The notes under the pieces were generated by a model. That model searched no databases. It was given only the letters and a program-made list of their open reading frames with translations, and was not told where the DNA came from. The translations under genes were made by a program, and so were the position numbers. Positions 18,058-27,941 of a DNA stretch of 64,000 nt are shown here, piece after piece; positions within the stretch are counted from its first letter, which is position 1, and the number at the start of each line of letters is the position of its first letter. The stretch covers positions 4,704,001 to 4,768,000 of the forward strand of contig OY762209.1 of NCBI GenBank assembly GCA_963665295.1. The letters run 5' to 3'. This stretch comes from Syntrophorhabdaceae bacterium. GTDB taxonomy: Bacteria > Desulfobacterota > Syntrophorhabdia > Syntrophorhabdales > Syntrophorhabdaceae.

Positions 18058-20010
18058 TTAGCGCTCCTGACCGGTCATGGTTCCGCCGTAGTCATGTCCC
18101 AGTCTCGCCGCTATGCCGAAATCGGAGTCAGCCTCCATATGCCTGCCGAGCTTGTGATAGCAAGCACCCCGCCACCGGTAATCGACGTTGTTGGGCCGGA
18201 GCCTGATGGCATTGGTGAAATCATCGGCGGCCATGTAATAGTTGTTCAGCCGGAAATAGGTCACTCCCCGCCAGTGAAAATAGATATCCGCCGGTCTCAG
18301 CCTGATGGCATTGGTGAAATCCTTGAGGGCCCCCGGATAGCTGCCGACCCTGTAATACGCCACGCCCCGCCAGTAATAGCTCAACTCGTGGGAGGGGTTC
18401 AACTCAAGGGCACGGGAAAACTCGGCCACCGCTTGGAGAAACTGTTTATGTTTCAGGGATCGAAGGCCCTTCTGGTAATAATAGTCGGCCGAGGACCGCG
18501 GAGAGACCGGTGGCCTCCCTTCGTTCAGGGCCTGCGGTGCGGGCGCCGGTGCGACGGCGGTCTCCTGTTTCGTTTGTGTCTCTCGCGGCCCGGGCTCCGG
18601 TTCTTTCGGCTGCCACGGGACAGGCGCGGGCATCTCCGCTTTGCTTTCCTTTTCCGCGAAGCTGGTTGGGGGTGCGGGAGTAATCCTCACCGGGGTTTCG
18701 AGTTTCTTTATATTCATTGACCGGTGCGGAGCCGCGGCAGCCTTGGGCGGCGTCGCCGGTTTCGCTTTAGCGGAAGGTACTGGCGGAAGAGTCGGCTTTG
18801 CCTGTTCGACTGCCCGTTTTTCCTTTTCGGCAGCATCCCTCGCTTTCCCGGCTTCCTCCTCCTTCCTCGCGTCGGCATCCCTTTGCGCCTCTTTGCGCTT
18901 CTGTTCCAGATCCTGCCTTTCTTTCGCTTCCTTCTCCCGCTGCGTCACCATTGCCGTATGATATCGGCCAGTGTCGGGCTGCCAGTTCCGGTATACCACG
19001 TAACCGGCGGCCGCACCTGCGAGGACAAGGAAGACTATCACCGCACAGGTGACCACCTTGAATCCTTTCCTTCCTTCCGGCTCCCCCGCCTTCTCCCGAG
19101 CGGGTCCCGCCCCCCGGGTGGTCCCGCCATGGCTCGGTTCATTTTCCACTTCTCTCCTGAGATCGTCGGAAAGGGCCTTGATACTCTGATAACGCTGCTC
19201 GACCCTCGGAGCCACCGCCTTCTTGTAGATGCTGTCCATACCCTTTGGAGCGGACCGGTTAAGCTCGCTCGGGCAAAACGGTCCTATGGTGCTGTCCAGC
19301 GTAAAAAGTTCATAGAGGACCACGCCTGTTGAGTATATATCCGTCCGATGGTCCACCTCGGGACTGCCGGACTTCAGTTCGGGAGACATGTAGGGGGATA
19401 CGCCGAAAGGGGTACTCACGGCAGTAAGGTCCCGGAGGTTGAGTATCTTCGCAATCCCGAAATCGGCCAGCTTAACCGAAAGGGTCGCCTCGTCGGTAAC
19501 AAGGATATTTTCCGGTTTTATATCCCGATGTATCACCTTCTCCTTGTGGTCATGGGCGTAGGTGAGGGCAGCGGCGATCTGGGAAATAACCCTCAGGGCC
19601 TCTTCGGCGCTAAAGGGATTGTTGATCTTTCTCCTGTCGTTTATGAGGTCCCTGAGATTTCTCCCTTCGACCCATTCCATAAGAAGGTAGTGCCATACAA
19701 CCCCGTTCTCGTCTTCCCACTGGTCGTCATGATAGATCCTGACGATGTTCGGGTGGTGCAACACATCACGGGAAATGGACGCTTCGTGCTGGAATCGCTC
19801 TATCGCGTCCTTCGAGTCCAGGAGCCGTGGCTGCATAAGCTTGAGGGCGACGTCCCTCAACCTCGAATGCCTCGTATCCCTGCATTTGTAGACCATCCCC
19901 ATACCGCCCATCTTGCCTTCCGACAAAATCTCGTAACGGTTGTGTATCAGGGTGCCTACAGGGAATAAGCCCTTAAAACCCTGGTCTTCTTTTATCGCAG
20001 TGGGCGCCAT
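18058..20010 (-). CDS. membrane Hanks-type Ser/Thr kinase with extracytoplasmic coiled-coil/Pro linker and TPR repeats
   Basis: GGMGMVY, VALK, HRDIKPEN, DFG, YMSPE; one TM; C-terminal TPRs. Confidence 0.92.
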   Translation of the reverse strand: MAPTAIKEDQGFKGLFPVGTLIHNRYEILSEGKMGGMGMVYKCRDTRHSRLRDVALKLMQPRLLDSKDAIERFQHEASISRDVLHHPNIVRIYHDDQWEDENGVVWHYLLMEWVEGRNLRDLINDRRKINNPFSAEEALRVISQIAAALTYAHDHKEKVIHRDIKPENILVTDEATLSVKLADFGIAKILNLRDLTAVSTPFGVSPYMSPELKSGSPEVDHRTDIYSTGVVLYELFTLDSTIGPFCPSELNRSAPKGMDSIYKKAVAPRVEQRYQSIKALSDDLRREVENEPSHGGTTRGAGPAREKAGEPEGRKGFKVVTCAVIVFLVLAGAAAGYVVYRNWQPDTGRYHTAMVTQREKEAKERQDLEQKRKEAQRDADARKEEEAGKARDAAEKEKRAVEQAKPTLPPVPSAKAKPATPPKAAAAPHRSMNIKKLETPVRITPAPPTSFAEKESKAEMPAPVPWQPKEPEPGPRETQTKQETAVAPAPAPQALNEGRPPVSPRSSADYYYQKGLRSLKHKQFLQAVAEFSRALELNPSHELSYYWRGVAYYRVGSYPGALKDFTNAIRLRPADIYFHWRGVTYFRLNNYYMAADDFTNAIRLRPNNVDYRWRGACYHKLGRHMEADSDFGIAARLGHDYGGTMTGQER

Positions 20011-20028
20011 ATGGTCTCTTTGATGATA

Positions 20029-20823
20029 TCACAAACTCAACCCCTTGTGGAGCATAAACCTTCGTTTCATGCCGGAGAAGAGCCGGGAAAAGGGTCCGGG
20101 CGCCTCCACCACGATGACGGAAACATTGTCGGGCGCGCCCCTCAGAAGTGCCATATTGACGAGGACCTTGCACTTCTCTTCCGGGCCGATCTCTTTCACA
20201 AGCACCTCCCTCGCCTCGTCCGGGCTCACCACACGGAAAAGGCCGTCGGAGGAAAGGAGGTAGATATCCCCGTCCTTCACCAAATGGGCGCTCAAATCGG
20301 GTGTCGTGTTTTCAGACGATCCAAGGGCCCTTGTGAGAACGTGGCTCAGGCTATGGTTTTCCTCCTTTTCGGGGTCAAGGACGCCCGCCTTCACGAGGTC
20401 CCGCGCTTCGGTATGATCTTCGGTGAGTTTCTCCATGCATTTTCTTCTCAGGCGGTATATGCGGCTATCTCCTATGTGGGCGATATAGAGCTTGCCGTTG
20501 GTAAAATGGGCGGAGGAAAAGGTCGTACCCATGACCTCGCCCCTGGCATACTCGTATATCTCCCGGTTGGCAGTAGATACGGCCTCCCTGATGATGCTCA
20601 GCACGGGCTCATCCTGCTTGAGCGACTCGTTGTCATAGGAGGTGATATTCTGATGGATCACCGCGGTGACGGTGGTCACTGCCTTTCTGCTCGCCACTTC
20701 TCCCTTTGCATGTCCGCCCATGCCGTCGGCCACGACATAAAGCATGATCCCATGGTCCAGGACAATGGCGTCCTGGTTCATCTCCCTCTCGACGCCCCTG
20801 TCCGTTATGCCGAAAGCGTCCAT
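20029..20823 (-). CDS. PP2C/PPM Ser/Thr phosphatase (PstP/PrpC-like)
   Basis: REMNQD, VADGMGGH, HIGDSR, SSDGL, DNVS. Confidence 0.93.
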   Translation of the reverse strand: MDAFGITDRGVEREMNQDAIVLDHGIMLYVVADGMGGHAKGEVASRKAVTTVTAVIHQNITSYDNESLKQDEPVLSIIREAVSTANREIYEYARGEVMGTTFSSAHFTNGKLYIAHIGDSRIYRLRRKCMEKLTEDHTEARDLVKAGVLDPEKEENHSLSHVLTRALGSSENTTPDLSAHLVKDGDIYLLSSDGLFRVVSPDEAREVLVKEIGPEEKCKVLVNMALLRGAPDNVSVIVVEAPGPFSRLFSGMKRRFMLHKGLSL

Positions 20824-20826
20824 GGC

Positions 20827-21228
20827 CTAGTTGCTCTCCACTTTCATGGAATAGTCGCAAAACCCTATTTCGTCCCCCGGCATGAGTTCAAATTCCGGGG
20901 AGGTCATCCTCCGGTTCTTCGTCACCGGTTGCCCTGAAAGACTCCTGAAGAAGAGTGTGTTCGTTGCGAGGAGTTCGCCCGCCACTACAGGTATTCCCGC
21001 GCCTTCGAGAAGGATGTCACACTCGTTGCCCCTGCCGATGCGGTACCGGCCCTTCCCTACAGGTATTCTCCGGAACAATACCCCGCCTTTCCGGACGCTC
21101 AGGAAAAGTTCTGCCCTTTTTAACGGCGAAGGCCTTCGCACCGAACCGGCGAAGAGCAGGAGGGCAACAAAACCCAGGGACGATGAAAACACCAGGTTGA
21201 GAAGCATTATCTCCTTCGGGGAAAACAT
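20827..21228 (-). CDS. membrane-anchored FHA protein (FhaB-like), degenerate FHA
   Basis: N-terminal TM followed by IGRGNECDI; SxxH motif absent. Confidence 0.75.
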   Translation of the reverse strand: MFSPKEIMLLNLVFSSSLGFVALLLFAGSVRRPSPLKRAELFLSVRKGGVLFRRIPVGKGRYRIGRGNECDILLEGAGIPVVAGELLATNTLFFRSLSGQPVTKNRRMTSPEFELMPGDEIGFCDYSMKVESN

Positions 21229-21229
21229 G

Positions 21230-22075
21230 TTACGCCACCCTGAGAAGCGTCTTTCCGGCTCTTATGGTATCCCCCTTGGTCAAAGATGCCTCGGCTATTT
21301 CTATATCATTGAGAAAGGTCTTGTTCTTCCCGCCAAGGTCGCGGATCTTCGCGAGGTCCTTGGCTACCACAACCTTGAAGTGTTTCCGCGAGATAAACTC
21401 CTCCGGGTCATTGAGGAGGACATCCGCGTCTCTGGCCCTTCCAAATACATATTCCCCTTCTTTCAGTGCCAGTTTTATCCCTTTATCCTGACCTTCTATC
21501 ACCTCGAGGTTGACGACTGGAATTTCAAGGCATTTCGTGACCCGCTCCTCCCTGGCGACAGTCTCTCTTTCCTCGATCACCTTGGTCCCCTTACCCGCAA
21601 ACATGCCGGGGATAGGCTCCTTGTCTTTCGGTTCCGTGACCTTGTGAGGTGTGGAAAAAATACCCATGGGGGCCCCCGGTTCGGGGAGCTTGAACAGGTC
21701 GGCCGGGCTCTCTTTCACTTCGAGAAAGGAGGATTTGATGACGAGCTGGTTCCTGAGAAGGCTTTCGTCCTTCCGTATATCGATATAGAGAGACGGGGAG
21801 AGGATGGTGTACTTCTTCTTTTTGATCCTGTCCAGCACCTTGTGTTTCAGCTGTTCCCCCGCGTGGGCAAGAAAGGGTGATATGTCTTCGTAATCAAAAG
21901 GGTTGAGGTAGAGCGTATACCGGTTGGGCACCAGAAACTTGCGGTCAAATCCGCCCATCTTTCTGTCTTCCATGCTCCTAAGGAGCCTGTCCAGTATGTC
22001 TCTTGGTTGAAGGTCTTTCTGCTTTGCGCCGAAGAGGCGGGCAAGCGCTTTCTTGATGCTCCTCATTAAACTCAT
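21230..22075 (-). CDS. FhaA-like protein (DUF3662 + FHA)
   Basis: QPRDI...VPNRYTLYLNPFD N-domain; FGR, SRKH FHA motifs. Confidence 0.88.
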   Translation of the reverse strand: MSLMRSIKKALARLFGAKQKDLQPRDILDRLLRSMEDRKMGGFDRKFLVPNRYTLYLNPFDYEDISPFLAHAGEQLKHKVLDRIKKKKYTILSPSLYIDIRKDESLLRNQLVIKSSFLEVKESPADLFKLPEPGAPMGIFSTPHKVTEPKDKEPIPGMFAGKGTKVIEERETVAREERVTKCLEIPVVNLEVIEGQDKGIKLALKEGEYVFGRARDADVLLNDPEEFISRKHFKVVVAKDLAKIRDLGGKNKTFLNDIEIAEASLTKGDTIRAGKTLLRVA

Positions 22076-22115
22076 GGTCTCCTCCTCCTGTCTCGAATAT
22101 TGACTCTGTTATATA

Positions 22116-22140
22116 AGACGGAAGGAGGACCGGCTTTTCT
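22116..22140 (-). promoter_or_regulatory. ECF-type promoter motif upstream of fhaA
   Basis: AGAA-N15-CCGTCT-TATATAA. Confidence 0.78.
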
Positions 22141-22202
22141 TACGCGATCTCTCGTAAATTCAGGGCGGTCGGGAATCCCGCTGCACACCTTGTCCGGACC
22201 TT

Positions 22203-22631
22203 CTACTTCTCCGGGTCGTCGGCCCCCTCTTTCTTGCTTTTGCCTTTCTTCGGTCTCGTAATGTCTCTCGGGACGGCCGCGTATGCCATGGGGGTGGGGG
22301 TGGATTCGCCGGAGGCGCTCCCCGTCTTCCTTGCGGGCCGCTCCAGGGGTCTTATCTTTCTGTCTCCGGCCCCTTCGCCTCCGGCTTCCCTGAGCATTTC
22401 CTCGATGCCCGGAGGCAGGTGGCGAACCTTCTTTTCGTCGAAAGATTTCATGTGCTCGTCAAGGCTTTCGAGGAGCCTCTTTCCTTCCCTGTAGCCGGGG
22501 AGCACTTTTCGATACACCGCCAGTTCGCGAATCGCCTCGCTGCATTCCCTGCAGGCGCCTATATGCATCTTTGCTTCCTCGCCGGCATTTCCTTCGAGGA
22601 ATCTCAAGAGGTCTTCATCATTACATTTCAT
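22203..22631 (-). CDS. soluble zinc-binding anti-sigma factor (ZAS)
   Basis: MKC...HIGACREC (HxxxCxxC); no TM; directly after the sigma gene. Confidence 0.78.
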   Translation of the reverse strand: MKCNDEDLLRFLEGNAGEEAKMHIGACRECSEAIRELAVYRKVLPGYREGKRLLESLDEHMKSFDEKKVRHLPPGIEEMLREAGGEGAGDRKIRPLERPARKTGSASGESTPTPMAYAAVPRDITRPKKGKSKKEGADDPEK

Positions 22632-22642
22632 CTCTTTCTCCT

Positions 22643-23224
22643 TTAAATGGACTCGCTCAAGCTTTTCAGTTCGCCCATAGTGGCAAGCTTCTTCAGGCAG
22701 TTCACGATGTTCCCGTATATGGTCTTCGAGTTTTTCTTAAGCACGTTGGCCAGTTCCTCGTAAGTTCCGTATACACCCTCAAGGTATTGCAGATAACCGT
22801 TGATAAGCTCCTTGCATTTTTCGGGGAGCTTGTTGACTGCGTCTCTTACCCGGGAGGCGACATCGATCATATAGAGGACATCGATGAGGTTCCTGTCGTC
22901 CGCGATGGCCGCCTGGTCGTCGATGGAGACGACAATCGTCTGGGGATGATTTCTCCGGTAATGATTGGTTATCTCATTTCTCAAGACCCATTGGGCATAA
23001 CCCCTTATTTCCCTTATTTCCTCGATGTCCCGCCGGTGGACCCTCTTGATCAGGGCGGCGATCGCCTCGGCCGATATATCCTCCACTTCTTCATCCGAGA
23101 GACGCCATTCCTTCCACCTGCATGCCTTAAGGAATTTGTTGTACATATAGGTCCACGCGCCCCGGTCGTTCCTCTTCAGTTCTTCGTACAGCTTTTCGCT
23201 TTCCATGGACTCATATTCTTTCAT
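22643..23224 (-). CDS. ECF RNA polymerase sigma factor
   Basis: Region 2 (AWTYMY..EEVEDI..RNEITNHYRR) and region 4 (KLPEKCKELI..YEELANVL); start re-placed at ATG 23224. Confidence 0.85.
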   Translation of the reverse strand: MKEYESMESEKLYEELKRNDRGAWTYMYNKFLKACRWKEWRLSDEEVEDISAEAIAALIKRVHRRDIEEIREIRGYAQWVLRNEITNHYRRNHPQTIVVSIDDQAAIADDRNLIDVLYMIDVASRVRDAVNKLPEKCKELINGYLQYLEGVYGTYEELANVLKKNSKTIYGNIVNCLKKLATMGELKSLSESI

Positions 23225-23268
23225 ACCCGGTCCCCCCGGTTGGGCTTGTCGGCCATTTATCCCCCTCT

Positions 23269-24087
23269 CTAAAATATTCTGTCTCCCTGCCGGGAGTTCT
23301 CCATAATCTTCTTCCTCGCCCATTTCTCCATGTCGCCCTGAATGAGGTCGTAGTCCAGGCAAAGTTCGAAAAGGGCGTCCCTCATCTCCCGTTTGCCCGC
23401 TTCCCTCAGGAGGGCATTTACTTTCTCCCACCCGTAGAGGGGACTATTTACCATGCATTCCACTACGCATGCCGCCTCGGCATAGGCGAGCCTTCTCCCC
23501 GCTTCCGTCTCCATGACCAGATTCCCCGGCCTTTCAAGCTCTTCGAGGAGAAGAACCGGCCCCCTCTCCCCCATCGCCTCCCGAAGGGCATCGAGATAGG
23601 AGTCGGGAAGCTCCTGGGAAAGATAGACGCTTAAACCTTCGTCCAGCCAGAACGGGCAGCGGCCCCGTCCTATTTCGTGGACCGCGAGGTGTATGATTTC
23701 GTGGGTGAGGTAGATGTAAAACGACTGTGTTTCTTCCTCGTCGTCCTCCTCCGATACGATAGTTATCTCCCCGTCAAAGAAACCCGCCGCCCACGAACCG
23801 CAGGCGTTCTTGCGATCGCCTTCACGGAGCGCCTCTTCGCCGGACCGGTAGACGTTTACCCTGATATCGGTAAGTTCGTGTCCGAGTTTGTCGCGTACTA
23901 TCTTCTGCGTCCTCTTTATCGTCCGGAACAGGTTGATAATATCGAGTTTCTCGTGCTTCAAATGAAAATTGACCCTTATTCCGTGCTGGGTCAACCGCAC
24001 AAGGTCGTCTTCTCCGATATAGGTAGACCTGTTTTCCTGACGGACGATCGATTTGACTTTTCTGAAGATTCTTTCCTCTTCGTCCAT
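23269..24087 (-). CDS. peptidase MA-like zincin, cytoplasmic
   Basis: HEIIH...PFWLDEGL gluzincin motif; no signal peptide. Confidence 0.8.
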   Translation of the reverse strand: MDEEERIFRKVKSIVRQENRSTYIGEDDLVRLTQHGIRVNFHLKHEKLDIINLFRTIKRTQKIVRDKLGHELTDIRVNVYRSGEEALREGDRKNACGSWAAGFFDGEITIVSEEDDEEETQSFYIYLTHEIIHLAVHEIGRGRCPFWLDEGLSVYLSQELPDSYLDALREAMGERGPVLLLEELERPGNLVMETEAGRRLAYAEAACVVECMVNSPLYGWEKVNALLREAGKREMRDALFELCLDYDLIQGDMEKWARKKIMENSRQGDRIF

Positions 24088-24161
24088 TACATATCTCCGT
24101 GTTTCACCTGCAAGACCCTGTCATCCGGCACCTCACGCCGGACTTACCCCACGTCCCACGG

Positions 24162-25373
24162 TCAGCCGAATAATCCCCGCTTAACCTCACTTATGTCTTT
24201 GAAGCGCTTTTCTCTTTCCTTTTCGATGCACCTGCCTATCACCCGACTCATGGTCTCCGGAAAAGGGGCGACCATTTCGCGCGTTATCCCGTCGCCTTCT
24301 ACCCTGCCCCCCAGCATTTCGTAGAATACGACACCCAGAGAGTAAATATCGTCCCTCTCGTCCACATCATTGAAGTCCTCCCGCTGCTGTGGCGACGTAT
24401 AGGGTACATTATAGCCCCGGAAGCCGGGGGGCGGCATAAAACCGCCGGTCTTGTCCAGTGCCAGCCCGAAGTCTATGATTTTCAGGCCTACGGGCGAAGA
24501 TGAATGGTCGACCATGATATTCCTCGGGTTGATGTCCCTGTGTATCACGCGCTCCTTGTGGATGTATTCGAGGGCGCTCAATATAAGACGGGCCGTTTCC
24601 CTGAACCGGCCAATGCCGTAAGGCGTTTTCCGGATCACATCATAGAGGGACCCGCCCTCGATATACTCGAGCACGATGTAATAGTCGCCATCTGCGACGC
24701 CGTAATCGAACCCCTTTACCACGTTCGGGTGGTCGAACCTTTCCGTGAGGAGCTTTCCCTCGTTCCGGAAGAGGGCGGTCAACGTCTTCGCTGTCGCATA
24801 CCGCTCGAGCTTTTCGAGCATGAGGTACTTGAAGGCCACCGGCCTGCTGTCCGAGCGCCTCATCCCCTTCAGTATCCGCGCCATCCCGCCCTTGCCTATC
24901 TCCATATCAAAGACCACATATTTCTCGTCGAAGGCACCGGGTTTCTCTTTGGACTTATCGTAGACGGTCCTTAACCGCCCGATCGCTTCATAAAGCTTCA
25001 CCTCTTCCCCGGGGGTCAGCTTCGGGTCGTAATACGCGGTAGGATCATGGTCAAGAAGCTTTCTGAACCCGAGCTTATTCGTAACCCGCCGGAGCTTGTT
25101 GCGGACCGACTGATCCTTTTCGCCGCGCCAGAGGTCCTTTACTAAAATCTCATCCACTTCTTTCCCATCATCGATGAGTTTAAGGAGGTGGACTGCCGCG
25201 TCCTCGCGCAGTTCGGGGTCGGCATTGGTCCTTATGATCTCGTAGCAGGCCTCGGGTAACGCGGCCACGGGGACGACCGACGCCGATGCAACTACCCGCT
25301 CAGCCGGGTCAAGGAGTTTCGTTTCGTTCTCCCCCGCAACCCTGTCCTTTTCCCTGAAAGATCCTTCTGTCAC
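24162..25373 (-). CDS. soluble Ser/Thr protein kinase with N-terminal helical domain
   Basis: GKGGMA, VAFK, HRDINPRN, DFG, DIYSLG. Confidence 0.88.
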   Translation of the reverse strand: MTEGSFREKDRVAGENETKLLDPAERVVASASVVPVAALPEACYEIIRTNADPELREDAAVHLLKLIDDGKEVDEILVKDLWRGEKDQSVRNKLRRVTNKLGFRKLLDHDPTAYYDPKLTPGEEVKLYEAIGRLRTVYDKSKEKPGAFDEKYVVFDMEIGKGGMARILKGMRRSDSRPVAFKYLMLEKLERYATAKTLTALFRNEGKLLTERFDHPNVVKGFDYGVADGDYYIVLEYIEGGSLYDVIRKTPYGIGRFRETARLILSALEYIHKERVIHRDINPRNIMVDHSSSPVGLKIIDFGLALDKTGGFMPPPGFRGYNVPYTSPQQREDFNDVDERDDIYSLGVVFYEMLGGRVEGDGITREMVAPFPETMSRVIGRCIEKEREKRFKDISEVKRGLFG

Positions 25374-25389
25374 GCCCGTCTCTCCACGC

Positions 25390-26733
25390 TCAATTCTGCT
25401 CCATTACCCTGCCCGAGCATTTCGGGCACCTGTACATGGCTGCCCGGTCCCCGGCTTTTACGCTGAAGGCGGTATTGCAGCCTGGATTCACGCACCTGAG
25501 TGTCACGAAATCATCGTCCCGGCTTTCCTCCGCCGCGTCCCTTTTTCCGGGCGACGAAGGCTCCCCGTAGATGGTCCCCGCTTCCGGCGCGGCCTGCCCC
25601 GTCGGGACTCCTGTAGCCCTCGGGAGGCCGGCTTCAATCTCCTTTTCTCTGAGTCTCATTTCGAGTTGTTCTTTTTCCCTGAAGAGCTCGTTCTCAATGG
25701 CGTCCCGGTCCTTTTTCTTCTTGAGCTCGATTAAAGCCCCCATGGCCTTCAGGTTGCTTTCCTCTTTGAGACCGGTCATTTCTATCTCCGCAAGGTTTTT
25801 CACCTTTTGATCGGCTATTTCGTTTTCGAGACGCAACCTCTCTATCCCCGCCTCCACCTCGATCACCGCGTACCTCGCTTCCGCGACCTCACGGTCAATC
25901 CCCGCCTTTCCCAGGAGCTTCCTCCGTTCGTAGTCAAGTTCCTGGTCAAGCTCCAGTTTGCGGATTATCCAATCCCTTTTCGTCTTGCGGTCCATGTCCC
26001 GCTCTTCGAGGGCCGCTTTCAGGTCTTCAAGTTCCCGGCTTCTGAGGAGCTTCGCCTTTTCCTCTTCGAGGAGGTACTCCTCGATCTTATCGTCGGACAG
26101 AGACAGGTCTCCGAGGAGAGAAAGGGTCTTACGTCTCATGAGAATCCTTTTCTCAAGCTCCTTCGCTTCCACCTCGTCCATCTCGTTGCGGATGAACCCC
26201 TTTTCCTCCGCATCGATCACACCGGAATAATTCCTGAAGTCGTACTCCACCGACTTCAACTCGTTAAGGTAAAGCCCCGCTGCGTCGAGGGTATTCTTCA
26301 GGTAATGTTCCACCCGCACCTCGAATTCCTTCCTCAGCCCGGAGCCGGCGCCATCACTCTCAAGCTCTTTTATGGATCTCTTGCCCAGCATGTCGCGAAA
26401 TGCATTGTACACCCCTTCCCGGAGGAAATCATGCAACTCATTCGTCCCCGGGGCGTCCTCCCCGTGTGCGACATGCTCGAGGAACCGGTCCCGTTTCACG
26501 ACAAGAACCACAATGCGGACGGTTACATCTATCTTTACCGGGTCCACGGTGCGCACATCTTCGAGGTGAAACGTAAGGGGTATGAGTTCTCCCGCGTATT
26601 CCTCCCCGGCGACAAAGTCCTCCCTCACCAGTCCTACATCGACACGGAGTACGGACCGGCAGTTGCTGCAATACCGCGCTTCCCGGTCTACCTTCACCCC
26701 GCACCGGGGGCAACGTTCCGCCTCTTCTCTCAT
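25390..26733 (-). CDS. Zn-ribbon + SPFH/Band7-like + long coiled-coil + C-terminal Zn-ribbon protein
   Basis: CPRC..CSNC at N-terminus, SPFH-like middle, E/K/R-rich coil, CVNPGC..CPKC at C-terminus; start re-placed at ATG 26733. Confidence 0.7.
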   Translation of the reverse strand: MREEAERCPRCGVKVDREARYCSNCRSVLRVDVGLVREDFVAGEEYAGELIPLTFHLEDVRTVDPVKIDVTVRIVVLVVKRDRFLEHVAHGEDAPGTNELHDFLREGVYNAFRDMLGKRSIKELESDGAGSGLRKEFEVRVEHYLKNTLDAAGLYLNELKSVEYDFRNYSGVIDAEEKGFIRNEMDEVEAKELEKRILMRRKTLSLLGDLSLSDDKIEEYLLEEEKAKLLRSRELEDLKAALEERDMDRKTKRDWIIRKLELDQELDYERRKLLGKAGIDREVAEARYAVIEVEAGIERLRLENEIADQKVKNLAEIEMTGLKEESNLKAMGALIELKKKKDRDAIENELFREKEQLEMRLREKEIEAGLPRATGVPTGQAAPEAGTIYGEPSSPGKRDAAEESRDDDFVTLRCVNPGCNTAFSVKAGDRAAMYRCPKCSGRVMEQN

Positions 26734-26810
26734 GTTCTCACGTTCCGTGCAAAACGGGGCATTTCCCTCTGTCCACGACACCTCTCCAGCCCATGGCATT
26801 TCATCTACTC

Positions 26811-27809
26811 CTAATATTGTACTCTTCTCAGCTTCAAGTCGCCATCCACTTTTAGTACTCCTGCCCTTAAAGCGCCTATTTCCGGGCCCACATCGTCCGG
26901 ACAGGGCGATGATGCCATGCGGCAAATCCTTTCGGACAAACGCTCCAGGTCTTCCAGCTTCCAGAATATTTCCATGTCAAAACACACGGCGCCGGAAGAC
27001 CCGCGCCGACTGTCCAAACCCGCGCCGCCGGGGGGAGCCTTCGCCACGGAACGCTTCATTTCCATGAGGTTTCTCTCTATGTCCTTAAGCTCCACCGCGA
27101 CCCTGGTCTGTCCCGTTTCCACGAGCCTCGATTTCGCCTCCGACACGTGAACAATGATCTTGTCGATCTCTCCTGTCACACCTTTCCTGTTACCCCCGAC
27201 TCCTTCGAAAATCCTCGCCCCTCCGCTTCGTCTTCCACGCTTCAAATTAAGGAAAAGGAGGAGACAGAGGACAAGGAGAAGCGCCGCGGCCGGTATGCCC
27301 CAGATCACATACTTTCTCAAGGGCGATACAGCAGAGACCTCGAAATCCCGGGACAGGACTATTTCACCTTTTTCCACGTCCACAAGCTTTACATGAGCCT
27401 TTACATGGTATGACATAAACCCCGCCCGGGAGCGGTATACGTCACCCGTGAGAAATCCCTGGACCCCTTTCAGCCTTCCGTGCCGGACCCTCGTATTTCC
27501 GTCCATAATGTCCTTGAGCTGAAGACCCTGCTCCGCGAGGACCCTGTCAAAGTCCGCCCGCTCCATGACCTTGCAGGATGTCCTTTCTTTAATGGCGGAT
27601 ACTATCCCGTTCTTCACCATATTGTTGTCGCCCTTGAAATCGAGTACTGCCATGCGGCTCATCTTCCTGTCAACAGGCAATGCCTTCACCACTGCTTCCT
27701 GAAGGCTGTTCATGGCCTGTGACTGGAGGGTCTCCGCAAGACAGGAGGAATACCAGATAAAGGCCATAACCGCGCCCGCGAGAATGCCTATAACCGCGTG
27801 TCTTCTCAT
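26811..27809 (-). CDS. CsgG/HfaB-like domain protein with internal TM and C-terminal helical domain
   Basis: Signal peptide; MAVLDF, VMERADFDRVLAEQGL, KLVDVEKGEIV; TM WGIPAAALLLVLCLLLFL. Confidence 0.75.
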   Translation of the reverse strand: MRRHAVIGILAGAVMAFIWYSSCLAETLQSQAMNSLQEAVVKALPVDRKMSRMAVLDFKGDNNMVKNGIVSAIKERTSCKVMERADFDRVLAEQGLQLKDIMDGNTRVRHGRLKGVQGFLTGDVYRSRAGFMSYHVKAHVKLVDVEKGEIVLSRDFEVSAVSPLRKYVIWGIPAAALLLVLCLLLFLNLKRGRRSGGARIFEGVGGNRKGVTGEIDKIIVHVSEAKSRLVETGQTRVAVELKDIERNLMEMKRSVAKAPPGGAGLDSRRGSSGAVCFDMEIFWKLEDLERLSERICRMASSPCPDDVGPEIGALRAGVLKVDGDLKLRRVQY

Positions 27810-27941
27810 GTCAACACCCTCCCGGACCATATGACGGGTCTTCGCCGCAAATCCGCCATAGAATTAGATGATAAGTAAAACGGAATACAAAAACAATCAA
27901 ATACGAAAAACCGTTGCTCTGCCCCGCACAAAGGTATGTAT

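Noticed and set aside
22643..23224. ECF activated by direct phosphorylation (EcfK/EcfP type)
   Set aside because: Region 2.2 retains acidic residues (EEVED) and a cognate anti-sigma is present, so the sequence does not support it
27870..27905. Additional ECF motif copy upstream of the csgG-like gene (CCGTTT)
   Set aside because: No AGAA element at 15-16 nt spacing; better read as a weak sigma70 site
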